From: Octopus bimaculoides
Lineage: Eukaryota
Assembly: GCF_001194135.2 (NCBI RefSeq)
Contig: NC_069000.1
Location: 25,385,268 to 25,418,324, forward strand
DNA: 33,057 nt
Direction: 5' to 3'
Shown: positions 1 to 12,058 of the stretch, piece by piece
How the letters are laid out: each line of letters opens with the position of its first letter
Position numbering within the stretch: position 1 is the first letter of the stretch
Made by a program: the position numbers and the translations under genes
The notes under the pieces: model-generated
Database searches by the model: none
What the model was told of the DNA's origin: nothing
The model's input: the letters and a program-made list of their open reading frames with translations, nothing else

Positions 1-111
1 ATCAAGGATTGCAGCTTAGTCAAGGAGACGAGCTGTGGAAGAGCGAGTCTGACAAACGGCGACTACACCTGCTCACCGTTAAGGTAACGCTGGAGATGCC
101 GCAGCCTGAGC
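1..111 (-). mobile_element. Fragment of L1/Tx1-clade LINE ORF2 (post-RT region)
   Basis: Aligns by eye to ~19940-20060 and ~2185-2290 (gagacgagctg...gtctgacaaa...tgctcac). Confidence 0.8.
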
Positions 112-712
112 GATGCGATTGCAATAGATATTGTATTGGTTGAACGATATTTCAACAGCAAGCCTTTTTTGTCGAGTTCAAAATGAAAAGTGACAAAAAT
201 TCAAAATTATAGAAATTCAAATCCAAAATGTGAACGAGAGCAACTAGCATCCATACGTTGATAGAATGACATCATCCGTCTTCAAAGTTCAATTTTACAA
301 CTGACAAAAGGTAAAAGAAAGAAAAAAGAAAAAAAAAAGAAAGGAAAAAGATTAGGATAAAGAAGAAGAATTGATCCCTTCCGACGCCCAGATTTTCTCC
401 GAGGAATGAATAAAATGACAAGGGAATTTCATCAAATTTACACAAAATTGATTAAATATTCTTCTTTTTCCCTGTCTTTCCTTTTCTTTTTTCTCTTTTT
501 TTTTCTTTCTCTTTTTTTTTGCCAGTAAAATTGAACTCTGAAGACTGATGATGTCATTCCATCAACGGGTGGACGCTGGTTGCTCTCGTTCATAATTTCG
601 ATTTGAATTGCTATAATTTTGAATTTTTATTACTTTTCATTTTGAACTCGATAAAGGCAGGCTTGCTGTCGAAATATCGTTCAACTAGTAAAATATCTGT
701 TGCAATCGCATC
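112..712. mobile_element. Foldback/MITE-like non-autonomous element with ~190-bp inverted arms
   Basis: 112-~305 (gatgcgattgcaatagatatt...ttcaattttac) is the near reverse complement of ~521-712 (gtaaaattgaac...ttgcaatcgcatc). A-rich and T-rich tracts extend the arms inward. No ORF and no clear TSD. Confidence 0.8.
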
Positions 713-721
713 TTACTCTTC

Positions 722-1272
722 GGCCCTCATGCAATGCCAAGCAGTGGCTCTCGTGGTTTCTGATCTTAACTGATTGAAAGTGTTATCATGTACGTTGTTT
801 TATCTTGGTATAACAGATGGGCTACAGTAAATATTCTGCTCACTACCACAGGTGTCTGGTGTTTGACCGTAACCAGTTGAGCATGTCCCATGGTGGCTGA
901 TGATATGTGCATCTCTGATCATGAGCAGAAGTAGTGGGGGAGCATCATAGCTATGTGTTGAGAGGAATTCTTTGGGATTTGAATAATTCACCTCTGGAAT
1001 CATAGGTGTTTTGTTCATCATCCTTAAACAAACCTTATTCAGAGACCTTTTGAGCGGGATGGGCTACTCGACCCGAAGAAAATTCTAACTGGACCTCACC
1101 TGCAAGGTCATGCGCTGTTTATCTTGATATAAGATTACCATGCCACGCACACTTGGTTGTGATGCATGTGCCTGGTGTACCCTTATCAACCGTGTTAGTC
1201 ATGATGGGTATATTGGGCTTGGTATAATTGCATCCCAGTGTCACTTTGATGGCATGCGCTGCTCTCTCACTC
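722..1272 (+). repeat. 'Repeat X' copy 1: ~550-bp ORF-less interspersed repeat with (AAT)n-like tail
   Basis: Homologous to 14843-15343 and 24565-24862; ends ctctcactc followed by aatagtaataat. Orientation is assigned from the tail. Confidence 0.85.
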
Positions 1273-1299
1273 AATAGTAATAATAATAGTAATAATAAT

Positions 1300-3275
1300 G
1301 ATTTATTTATTTGTCACAAGGCGGAACACAAAACAAACAAGGGACAAATGAGATGTGGAACAATGTTGAGTATACGATAAATAACAATAACAATTAACAA
1401 TACAATTAAACAATAAAAATTCCTCATAAGGGGTGAATTCCTCAAAGAGACAACTAAGGAACCCCACACATACTGGTTACCGCGACTGCCAGGTGCAAGC
1501 GAATGTTCAGAGTAGGCCCATTCACGCGAGCTATCTTCGCCACATTCACCCACCTTTCAACAAAAATACCGGGGAGCAGTACTTTCCTTTCCACCCTCAC
1601 TTCCGTTTTCAAGTGGACCTTGAAAAAGTGATGAGGGCTTGGCCGAAGAGGAAAGTATCTGTCTTCAGTCCTTTCAATCTCACCCACCACACTATCACTT
1701 TTGCCGTAGCCATTAGAGGAAAACTGCCTTTCTTTTGCGGGCAAAAGAAGGTGACGAGGCAATCTTCACGATGGACTTGGCTAATAACCGGATTCGTTTT
1801 ACAGGCATCAAAAGGTATTCGACAAATCTCCACAAGTCAGTAATGTCCGGACAGTAGACAAATGAATGCAGGACGGTTTCGTCGCCCTGTGCACATTTCG
1901 AACAGGTGCGTCTAACTGTACTTCCGTGTCTGTACATCCCTGGTAGCACTGCAAACCAAGGATTTCTGGAAATTTTTCATAGGCTCCGGCCCGAAAGTCC
2001 TCCGGAAAACCTCCCAGCAAATTGAACCCCCCACTGACATCTAGAGTTTCTCCGAGGACGTCGTCGCTCTTGCCCGCCAGCAAACTCCATTGTGGAACTT
2101 CCACCGACCACATTACTTGACTACTTGACTACTTGACTGGTAGAAAACTCCAGGTCCCAAGCGCCCTTTCTCGGTCTACGCTTGATCCAGGACTGTAGCT
2201 CCGTCAATGAGACGAGCTGCGGAAAATCCTGTCTGACAAATGGCGACAATACATGCTCACCGTTAAAAAAACGCAGCCTCAGCGCAAGTCTGCGCATCAT
2301 TAGCTATGGCATGCCCAGTCCTCCACTCAGCGGCTGTTGACAGCAGATGGGCCATGTGACGAGCTGAACACGTCCCTTCCATAGAAATTGGAAGAACAAG
2401 AACTTCAGCTTGATCAGCCACAAAGCGGGGCAAAGGACGACAGTCAGGCGGTAGTAGATGACAGAAGTGATGTACGCATTCGCCATCTCCACCCGACTCT
2501 TCAGGTACATCTTCCTCTCTGCCCATTTCTGTGTGAGATTGGCTATTGTGCTCATCACCTCCTCTAATTTTCGCCCACTTGGAGGTCCAGACCAAACCAG
2601 ACACCGAATAATCTAACCGGTCCTTTCGTCCAGCTCCCTACAACGCTGTTGGTTGGCATGGACTTATCTCTCCAGGTGCCGAGCTGCAGGCCAACCGACT
2701 TGTCCTGATTAATCTTTGCTCTTGTCTCCGCTTTGTACTCCTTTAAGATAGTGCCGAACACCTCGATTTGCGAACTGTCCGACACTATTACGGTGACGTC
2801 ATCCACGTAAGCCGATACGAACCTTCCGCACCCTAGTTCACATGGGATGTCCTCGAAATATCCAACTTCCTTAGTAATAGCTCGAGAGCCAGCATGTTCA
2901 GAAGGGGTGAGAGTAGGCATCCTTGACGGACCGAAACCGGCCGCCGCGAAAAAAGCCTCCATGTATTAGTGGTTTACCTTATGAAAAGCTTTTGAATGGT
3001 CCAAATTGATCAGAGCCCCACCCAAGCCAGGTTCCTTCGCTACCCTCTCTATGATGTAGCAAGGTGGAGGTTGTCGTAGATATATTTGTTCGGGATATCG
3101 CATCTCTGCGCATCACCGACCAGTTTATCGACGACGAGCGCCAACCTCTTGGCTAACAACTTAGTTAAAATCTTATGATCTGCGTTCAGCAAAGTTATAG
3201 GCCTAAAATTAGCTATTTGTTCCCCCTTGTCCTTTATCAGCAGTACCACTACGCCACGGCTCACAGCATTCACTT
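1300..3275 (-). mobile_element. 5'-truncated, decayed L1/Tx1-clade LINE (RT, C-terminal CCHC region, 3' UTR)
   Basis: Broken frames give [40 protein letters not shown] and CSKCAQGDETVLHSFVYC. The 3' end reads ccttgtgacAAATAAA plus an (ATT)-like tail. Confidence 0.92.
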
Positions 3276-5995
3276 TGGTTGAGTGTATGAAGAGCTGCAT
3301 GTTTCGGTTGAAGCTAGAAGGCCTCGGTGTCACCTGTGTAAGGACTCTGGCATTTGAGAGTTTTCTGCCCTCTTACTGCGAATACCAGGTCCTCAAAAAC
3401 CACCAAAAACAATACCATCTGCGAATAACAACAAAGGCTGCACCAACAGGAACAACAAGATCAACAACTGATGGAAGACACCAACACAAGCAAAAATGGT
3501 TTCAACAGCAACAACGGCAACACTAGCAACACTAGCACCAACAACACCAGCAGCAGATGCACCACCACCACCACCTTCAACAGCAAAAGGAAAATAATGG
3601 ACGCACACAACACCTAGTGCTCCTCTCCCAACGAAGCTCTCACTCTCTCTCCGTCTCCTCTAAACTCACATACACACATAGACGCTAACCCATATTCCAC
3701 AGATACAGATACCACCGCATCATGAAGTAAGGATGAAGGAAAAACCCACCCCCAACAAAGAAAAAACTAAAAGTATAACTCAATAAAACATCCTGCCTCA
3801 CATGAACACACATACCAAAAAACATAGAAAACACATCCATATCACAGGAACACCTACAACAACAACACCACCTCCAGCATCGCGATTGTCAACACATCTA
3901 CCGCTACAACAACCAGCTCCACCAACGCTACCGCAACTGCAACAACCTACAAAAAGAAAACATCCCCAACAGCAACAGCCAACCATACAAGCAAAAAGCT
4001 TCGTACTAGGTAGGTCCAACATAGAATTGATCACCTTCATTGCACGAAGGAAATACACTGAGAGAGAGGGTGAAATCTTCGGCACCAGCATCGGTGCGTA
4101 TGCCGCGGGAAACGTCAAAACATTAGGGAGAGATTCCCTAATGACATGGAAATCTCTAATGTGAAAATCACGAGTAGGCTTTTAAGGGAGTTTTCAAAAG
4201 GTGAAGGTTGAACCACCTGATCTCCAGCAGTACCCAGTGGGTAAGTGGCTAACCCTTTGTTCTTCTTTAAACTCTTACCGGCCATCATGGTGGGTTTCAG
4301 AGTGGGTTGTTTAAGTGTTCGTAGCCTGGAGTCGTCTTGGAAGTAAAATCGCCCTGGAGGCAAGGTCACCCTGGAGGTAAGGTCGCCCTGGAAGCAAGGT
4401 CACCTTCCCAACTTCCACAGGTCGCTAGATATGGAATTGACAGCCGTCGGCGAGACCAGGATTTCCGGTACACACGATCTAGCTCCCCTTTCCGACCTCT
4501 TTGAGATCTTCCCATTTCTTAACCGGCTTGGAAAGAGAGACAGGTTTGCTATGTTGTTTAGGAAAGGCCTAGATCTCGAGGTACAGACAGTCTTCCTGGA
4601 CCCGGATTGTATCTTGGTTGCCTTGGTTATGAACAATGACGAAGGTGGTGCTTTCACACTAGTCAGTGTGCACTACCCATCTGCGGTTGGGCAGCCAGAT
4701 TTCTTCAGACGTTTCCTGTGAATGTCTCACTCTTTAGCGCCAGTGGGTGATTAGAAGGCCATCTTGGATCCATACCTGGATAGGGTGGAACTAATTGATA
4801 GGAGAGGGAAGTGTAAAAGCCTCACAAAATCAACTCAGCCACTTCCAACTGGCTGACAGGTACGGACTGGATTTCCAGAATGCACCAATGTAGATATGGA
4901 CAAAAGCATCTGGTCCTTCAGGTCGTATCTCTACTGAGCAATTTGTAGGCCTGTAAAAGGAAGCCGTGTAAGTTGTCCACAACTCAAAGTTGTCGGTTAC
5001 ACAGAGCACAAATTTGTGCTCTCTACGGATGACTTAGATAGGGTCTATAAGCAGGGCTCCGGAAAATTGTAACTGAATGCGCCGTTCCTAACGGGTCAAG
5101 CATTTACAGACCAGATTTGTAATATTAATCTTTCGGAAGTTGTCGGTACAATCCTCAACAACCGATGGGGGTAGCTCTGAAAAGGGCTATTAGAGTAGTG
5201 ACGGTAGGATTTAGTAAAGAAATAACTTTAGAGGAAGTTAGAATACTCGAAGACCAAGTTAGGAAGCTAGAAGAAGCACTTAGAAGAGGTATATGGACCG
5301 ATGTACTGGCGGCGAGATTGGCTCTAGAACAATTTTGCAATGTCAGCACGAAGGCTGCATTGTCAGAGCTAGGGTGAGTACGCTAAGATATGAGGGAATG
5401 AAAGCTGCTCAGTTCGGTCTTTGACGAGCAGGGACGCGTCTTACTCGAATCCAAGCGGATGCGTACAGAATTTCTGCGGTACGTTGCCGAACTGTACTGT
5501 GTGCGCGATAAGTCGAAGATAGGAGTGGATTTCATCTGTCTCGGTCGCATGCCGCGCCATTTGGCCAGGAATGCGGGTCCTGTGAAATATTGATACCATC
5601 CGAAGACATACAGGACGCGATGATGACTTGCCCCCAAAGTCTTCGGGGTTGAATGGTCTGTCCGAATCATACGTGAGACATGTTTGGTGATCTCCTGGTT
5701 GATGTTTACCACAATTGGCAGCACAACGGGAGAATTCCCAGTGTTGTGAGCCGTAGCGTGGTGGTGCTGCTAACAAAGTACTCGAACAAGGGGGACCATG
5801 TAGATAATTTTAGTCCTGTAGCTCTGTTGATCGCAGATTACAAAATTTTGAGCAAAGTGGTAGCCAAGAGGATGGCACTTGTCATCGATAAACTGGTCTT
5901 TGATGCGCATCGGTAGGGCCCTGATCAATTTGGATCGGCCGAAAGGTTTTGATAGGGTCGACCACTAATACTAAGAGGCTGTCTTCGCGAGACAG
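3276..5995 (+). mobile_element. Decayed L1/Tx1-clade LINE segment: ORF1 zinc knuckle and C-terminus, APE endonuclease, start of RT
   Basis: RCHLCKDSGHLRVFCP (CCHC, 1-nt deletion) at ~3325-3372. ORF2 begins MVGFRVGCLSVRSL at ~4287; further motifs are ELTAVGETR, NFSPVALLIADYKILSK and ALINLD...FDRVDH. A 17-bp unit is triplicated at 4351-4401. Confidence 0.9.
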
Positions 5996-6354
5996 GAGGG
6001 AATAAAGCTACTAATGAAGCACTTAAAATAGCAAGTATAAAGTGAAAGACGCTATTGGTGTGTATATAAATATTTACAAAAGCACATACGGGTGGAAATA
6101 CGTTTTTTAACGAAGGTTGATGGTTTAAACTAAAACTGCTTGAAGTTTACGATAGGAAAAACTTCAAATAAATGGGTAAAAATACACAATGAAAAGAAAA
6201 TGGTAGAAACTCTGGAAGATTTGGTAGAATTTTCAGAAAATGGTAAAAAATGAATGGCCAAGATAATGCACGAAGGAAATAAAATAACTAAGATGAAGCT
6301 AGTAAAATGCCAGATGTTACGCGCACGGGACAGATAAATAAAATGGCGGATTTG

Positions 6355-6355
<1 letters not shown>

Positions 6356-6394
<39 letters not shown>
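6356..6394. repeat. (CA)n microsatellite
   Basis: Direct reading. Other CA/TG tracts lie at 8864-8897, ~12005-12052, ~27850-27912 and 33007-33057. Confidence 0.98.
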
Positions 6395-6397
<3 letters not shown>

Positions 6398-7517
6398 GAT
6401 ACACACAGATACACGCACATGCACGTAAACACAAACACCAAATTTCTATTTCTCTGTGGATCGACCTGATACGTAACTCGTCTCGTTATATTTTCCTCAC
6501 ACGATTAAATCCAACGAAGCAATTAGAAAGTTTGTATCTAATCTGAGTTGATTAGAAACTTGGATTCGGTGAAACTAATCAGTCTAACTGCATTATTGGG
6601 CATATTCTGAAAAGGTGATTTAATTAAGTAAATAGTCGTGCACTTCACAGCGTTTTACGAAAATTAAAAATATAAAGCATGCCTTTTCTTTTTTAATAAA
6701 CAAAATTTAAACCTCAATGAAAACCAAACAATATGGTTCTACCACTGATTTTCTTTCTTTGGTAGCAGAAAGATCCGATCAGTTTGAAATATTGTTAGAC
6801 TTTCATGAGATTAAGTAAATAAAAAAAGAAAAAGATAAAAGAAAAAAATTAATTCCCAGTCAAGCACTCGAATCGATTTAATAAAGTACCCTAGACATGA
6901 ATGGGATTATAATAAAATACTAAATAGTTTCGGCGAAAGTAGGAAGGGTCATCAGTTCATCATGCAAAGCTTAATATTTTCACTTAAACAGTTTCTTAAT
7001 TTTGAAAAAAAGATCGCCCAAAAAACTTTGAAATGTGAAGTAAGTTGTATAGCAAGGGCAGAGAATACAGCGTGACAAAGTTGCGATGGCTTCAGTGATA
7101 ACCAAATCATGCTATAAAACTCATACAAAGGTAGTGCTTGGCTATTTTATTCCCGTATTTTAAATTTAATTCGACACACAACATACAGTTTCGGTCGATG
7201 TATTTGATATAAATTTCGTTAACATACATATGAAAGAAATAGTACATATTAGATGGCCACAGGCTAACATTTTCCTTCCGGCGCTTCTTGAGCGTCAACA
7301 CAAGCGTACTGCATGACTCAAGGCGAAAGATAAGTGTAGTGATTCTAACTGAGGATTGAAACTACATTATGTGCTCGGCTCGATTCGACTGTCGACAGAA
7401 CATTCATCCACTGTACGACGCTCAACTTTATTTTCTTAACTTAATAAATACATACTCCCATAACAAACACGTATACGTTAAGTATTATATATACATTGCT
7501 ACCAAATGTAAACATGC

Positions 7518-7523
7518 TTTATT
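7518..7523 (-). promoter_or_regulatory. Candidate polyadenylation signal AATAAA of the protease gene
   Basis: tttatt on + (AATAAA on -) about 20 nt past the stop codon. A second one lies at 7427-7432. Confidence 0.5.
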
Positions 7524-7542
7524 AACAGTTACATATCACATG

Positions 7543-7667
7543 TTAACCAACAATGCCGTTTTCGTTTGCATTTAAATACTTCTTTATCCATGTCATAAAG
7601 GGCCTTATTCGAGTGTAAACCCCAGGTTGTTTAGGTTGTGCACAACCGAGACCCCAACTTGTCACAC
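7543..7667 (-). CDS. Terminal protease exon (SWG...PGVY...stop)
   Basis: Acceptor ttatgttttcacAG. Encodes [40 protein letters not shown]; TAA at 7545-7543. Confidence 0.95.
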
Positions 7668-8863
7668 CTGTGAAAACATAAATGAATAAATAAACAAATA
7701 GAATACAATGAAAGGAACAAAACAAAGCAAATGTTAAAAGAAACCATAAAAACAAACGAATACAATGCATGTCAAGAATGAACAAGCACCCGTAGGAATT
7801 TTTCCTTTCGACTGGAACACATAAAGGAATAATCAATAAATTATTTACACATGGTGGTCTTAAAGGAAGCCAAATATGCTGAAGTAGAGGCACAGAACAA
7901 AAGAGAGTTTCTACATAAAATAATAAATTATTTTCACACCGAAACTATATGCTCTTCTATGGTGTGATTGTTACAAGCTGGACTGAAACGTCCTGAATTG
8001 TTAGCTTAGCTACCACAGGTCAGACTCAATATCGGCGAAGAATCACAGCTTGCACATCACCCGACAATGAAACAGATCTGAGAATTCCTGCGAACACAAT
8101 GTCTTTCCCAGCATATCTTCATTTAGGTTTTTAGTCAATTTAGATTCCCTTACTTGTGAAAACAATTGTTATTAACGCTATTTACTCTGCTTCTCATTAA
8201 AACATGATTTCTGTGATTAAAAATTCTTTTATTGGTAAGTACATAGCATTGAATTTTAGATCTTTATTTAAACACACACTTCTGCTTTTGGTTTGATTTT
8301 CAAATTACATAATGGCTAATCTACTTCTATAGAGTTGTAAAAATTAGCACTTCCTTCTCCAAGCCTAGATTCGAAACCGAATCTAAGAATTCTCGGTCGT
8401 CCAAACCACCACGATCAACAGGCGCGAAAACAGGTTTTCTTTGTCCTATCAAAAAGTGATTGACCATCTCCCTTTGACCTACGACCTCAGCCATGTCAGG
8501 CGAAGTTCAAATGGGCAGGAGCTGACCTATTTAGGTACAAACTCTGCTGCAGTATGTCTGTCCTTCTAGCTGCCACGATTATTATAAATACAGTGGTCAA
8601 CAGACAGACGAGGAGGAGAAGGGCCTAGCAGCAAACGAGAAAGGTCTACGACACAACAGGTTTGGCGACCGCAGAGACCAGAGCAATGTTCGAAGTTCCA
8701 CGGNNNNNNNNNNNNNNNNNNNNNNNNNNNNNNNNNNNNNNNNNNNNNNNNNNNNNNNNNNNNNNNNNNNNNNNNNNNNNNNNNNNNNNNNNNNNNNNNN
8801 NNNNNNNNNNNNNNNNNNNNNNNNNNNNNNNNNNNNNNNNNNNNNNNNNNNNNNNNNNNNNNN

Positions 8864-8900
<37 letters not shown>

Positions 8901-11900
8901 GCGCGCACACACAAACATATTCATTTCTGACATATCATTTCCACAGATGTACCCTGTCTCTATTTCTAGCAACTCGTAGCAGTTGTCAACATTTTGCATG
9001 TAGTGAAGAATTATGTGTACCAACAACAAATTAAGTCCAGTGAATAAATTATTTTAACCATGAATCGATTCACTCATTTATTTACTTCAAAGGCATATAC
9101 ATTCCTTTTGCATCTGTTCATCATTATACACATTTAACCACTACAGAGTTGTTTCTAGGATGGTTATATCCTACTTTTGTCTATTACTATCAGCAATCTT
9201 ATTATTTGCACCAGCGTCATAATTTCTACTCCGAGTTCATCTTAGTTTTCTACTGTAATCCTATTTACATCAAGGGTGCTTTACATAAAAATTAAATTGA
9301 CCACAATGCTTGGTCGGTACTTATTTTATCGTCCCTGAAAGGATGAAAGCAAAGTTCACCTCGGTAGGATTTGAATTCAAAGCGTAAAGACTTTATTGTA
9401 AGCAGTTTTGACTGTCACTCTAACTATTCTACCAATTCAACGAGCACTCTATTGTAGATGATTTGAAACAAGGAATAACAAGGAAGAGGGGAGTATAATT
9501 CTGTGACATTCATGATTCTTCTCACATGCATTAGCAACATAAACATTGCATAGGAAGTACAGAATCTCCTGAAGAATGCAAAATGAATAAAAAATGTAAG
9601 TAGTTGATATTTTGGATTTGAAAAATTTAACAAGCTCTAAATCGAGAATTCTAATTTAACAGGAAAAGATAATACCGAACTACCTGCTAACCAGAATTCG
9701 TAATTTGTCTGTCTTCTCTCTCAGTAACAAACAGTAGACCTCGGTCCAATCAAAAGAACTTAATAGATAAGATTATAATTGTTAATCAATACAATTATAA
9801 TTTTTACTGACCCTACTCTTTAGAGGTGAAGCAGGACGTCGGATAAAATTCCTTGAGGATAAAATTCCTTGAGGATAAAATTCCTTGAGGATAAAATTCC
9901 TTGAGGATAAAATTCCTTTTATAACCAATACTCTTATCTCACAATAGTTAAACAAAAACTCATCTCCGGCATGGGGATATTCAATCAACCTAAAAATTAA
10001 TTAGCAATTTCACATTCTACAAATATTCATCACAGGCGTTTATGTAGATCTGAATCTTGTGTCATGCAAACCTTTTGTCATGATTTGTGTCATGAGCTGT
10101 CTCAGAAAGAAAGAGACGTCCAAGCGGTGAGAGTACCATATAATCAGAAGAAAGGTTCCTGATTTATATACTGTTATCACCTCTACATATTGTCTTTGGT
10201 CAATACATTGAACTCAAATGCAACCCAGTATACCTCGCCATAAATAGGCAGCGCTTAGAAGTATTAATAACTTAACTTTATAAGCAGCGTTAGCACTGCA
10301 ATATTCATTAAATTGAAGTACTGTTTTCAATTCCCTCTGATACTCTGATATTCAAGAGCAATCAATTTGAGGCCCCAAATTGTCATTGCCAGATTTCACA
10401 TTGGATCTGGAGTTAGGGAATGTAATTACAGTTGGCAAATAATAGCTGGCGGCTGTTTCAAAGCTCATTTCCCGTTCCTGCTTAACACGCTGTCGCCTGG
10501 TTTGGGTATCTCTAGCAGAGTCCACTGCTGTGGATAGCCTGATATGTTGATACCTTGATATCTTCCAACAAATGCGTGTCATGCTTTCTTCCGTTCTTTT
10601 TCAATGGAAGCTCTGTAAAAGACCATAAGCTTGGCTATTCTTCTGATAATTGGTGTCGTAAAATAATATACATGAAAATAAAGTCTTCAGTGTAATCCTT
10701 GCAACTTAATATATTATGGGAATTACTCTCACCATCAGACTGTGAGCTGGTGGTAATTGCAAGAGCTTTGACGGATGTAGAGCCTAGTCAAACGACAAGA
10801 GACACTTCATTTAAGGAAGAGGAAATTGGTGCACAAATACAGTTGACATATAGAGATTTCGATAACTAGAAATAAGTTTTTTTTAAAACTAAAAACGTAC
10901 TATTACAATGACTGCAATCAGATTTAAACATATCTACAACTACTTTTGAAAGAGAAGCTATAGCTGGAGGATACCTGACTTGTTAGAAATTTTGTAATCA
11001 ACTACCGAGTCTGGCTGGTGATCAAAAGGTTAGTATCTTCGTTCCAAGATATGCCACATTCGTTAACAGGGTGCTAAAGTACTGCTTGTAGGTTTTTCAA
11101 TATAAGCAAAGGAATTCAGTAGAGCTTGTCGACAAATCGGAAGTGTTGCAATGACTCACAACAGTGAATGATATGTTGTCTTTGGATACATACTTGCAGC
11201 TAAGTGGGCATAGTAAATGAGATCTAAGTGTGTTAGCTGTAAATACAACAGTGAATCTGAGAGGGTACAAACATTCTATCTCTCAGATCAACATCCGATC
11301 CAACTTTGCAACACGTGGCTTCATGATTTCGAAAAACCAATATGATATAAGTATATCGTTCGGATTGACTGAAACTGGTAGTTAAGTAAATTGTTGAAGG
11401 ATACTATATAGCACCAGTAAAAGAACACAATGCCATGAAGCAAATTATTTATGCAACCGTTGCAACAAAAGTCTCCAGCAACGTAGACAAACGTATCTTG
11501 ACAGAAAGTGAGATTAAACAAAGCAAAATACATAGACAACATTGAATTCAAACTCTTGATCTAATGTCATGAGAGCCCGATAGCATATCCGCTTGTGGCG
11601 ATATGAAGACAAGTACTTACCTGAAAGTATCCATTTTCCATTGTTATTACACACCATGGGACCACCGCTGTCTCCCTGAAAGAGAACGCTATATGCATAA
11701 AACACTAAGAACAGATAAAGATATACGAGGGGAAATGGGAATAAATGGAGAGGGAGCAGTTAAGAGGCAGATAAATCATCTTATGAAAATATGAGGTGAA
11801 GGTAGCATATAGGTGTAATAGAACCCTTTTATTCTTTTATTTGTTTCAGTCATTTGACTGCGACCATGCTGGAGCACTGACTTTAGTCGAGCAAATCGGC

Positions 11901-12002
11901 CTCAGGACTTATTCTTTGTAAGCCTACTACTTATTCTAAGTTACAGTGACGTAAACACACCAGCATCAATTGTCAAGCGATGCTGGGGGACAAACATAGA
12001 CA

Positions 12003-12058
<56 letters not shown>

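Noticed and set aside
1433-1843. Antisense ORFs over LINEs (also 20220-21624, 22795-23364, 28370-28791)
   Set aside because: These are shadow frames of the LINE ORFs on the other strand, with no independent motifs.
9841-9918. CRISPR-like appearance of the 16-bp repeat
   Set aside because: The units are directly tandem with no spacers, the context is eukaryotic, and there are no cas genes.
10710-10870. Short open frame on + ([26 protein letters not shown]...) as an exon of a nested gene
   Set aside because: No recognisable domain, no convincing donor site and no partner exons.
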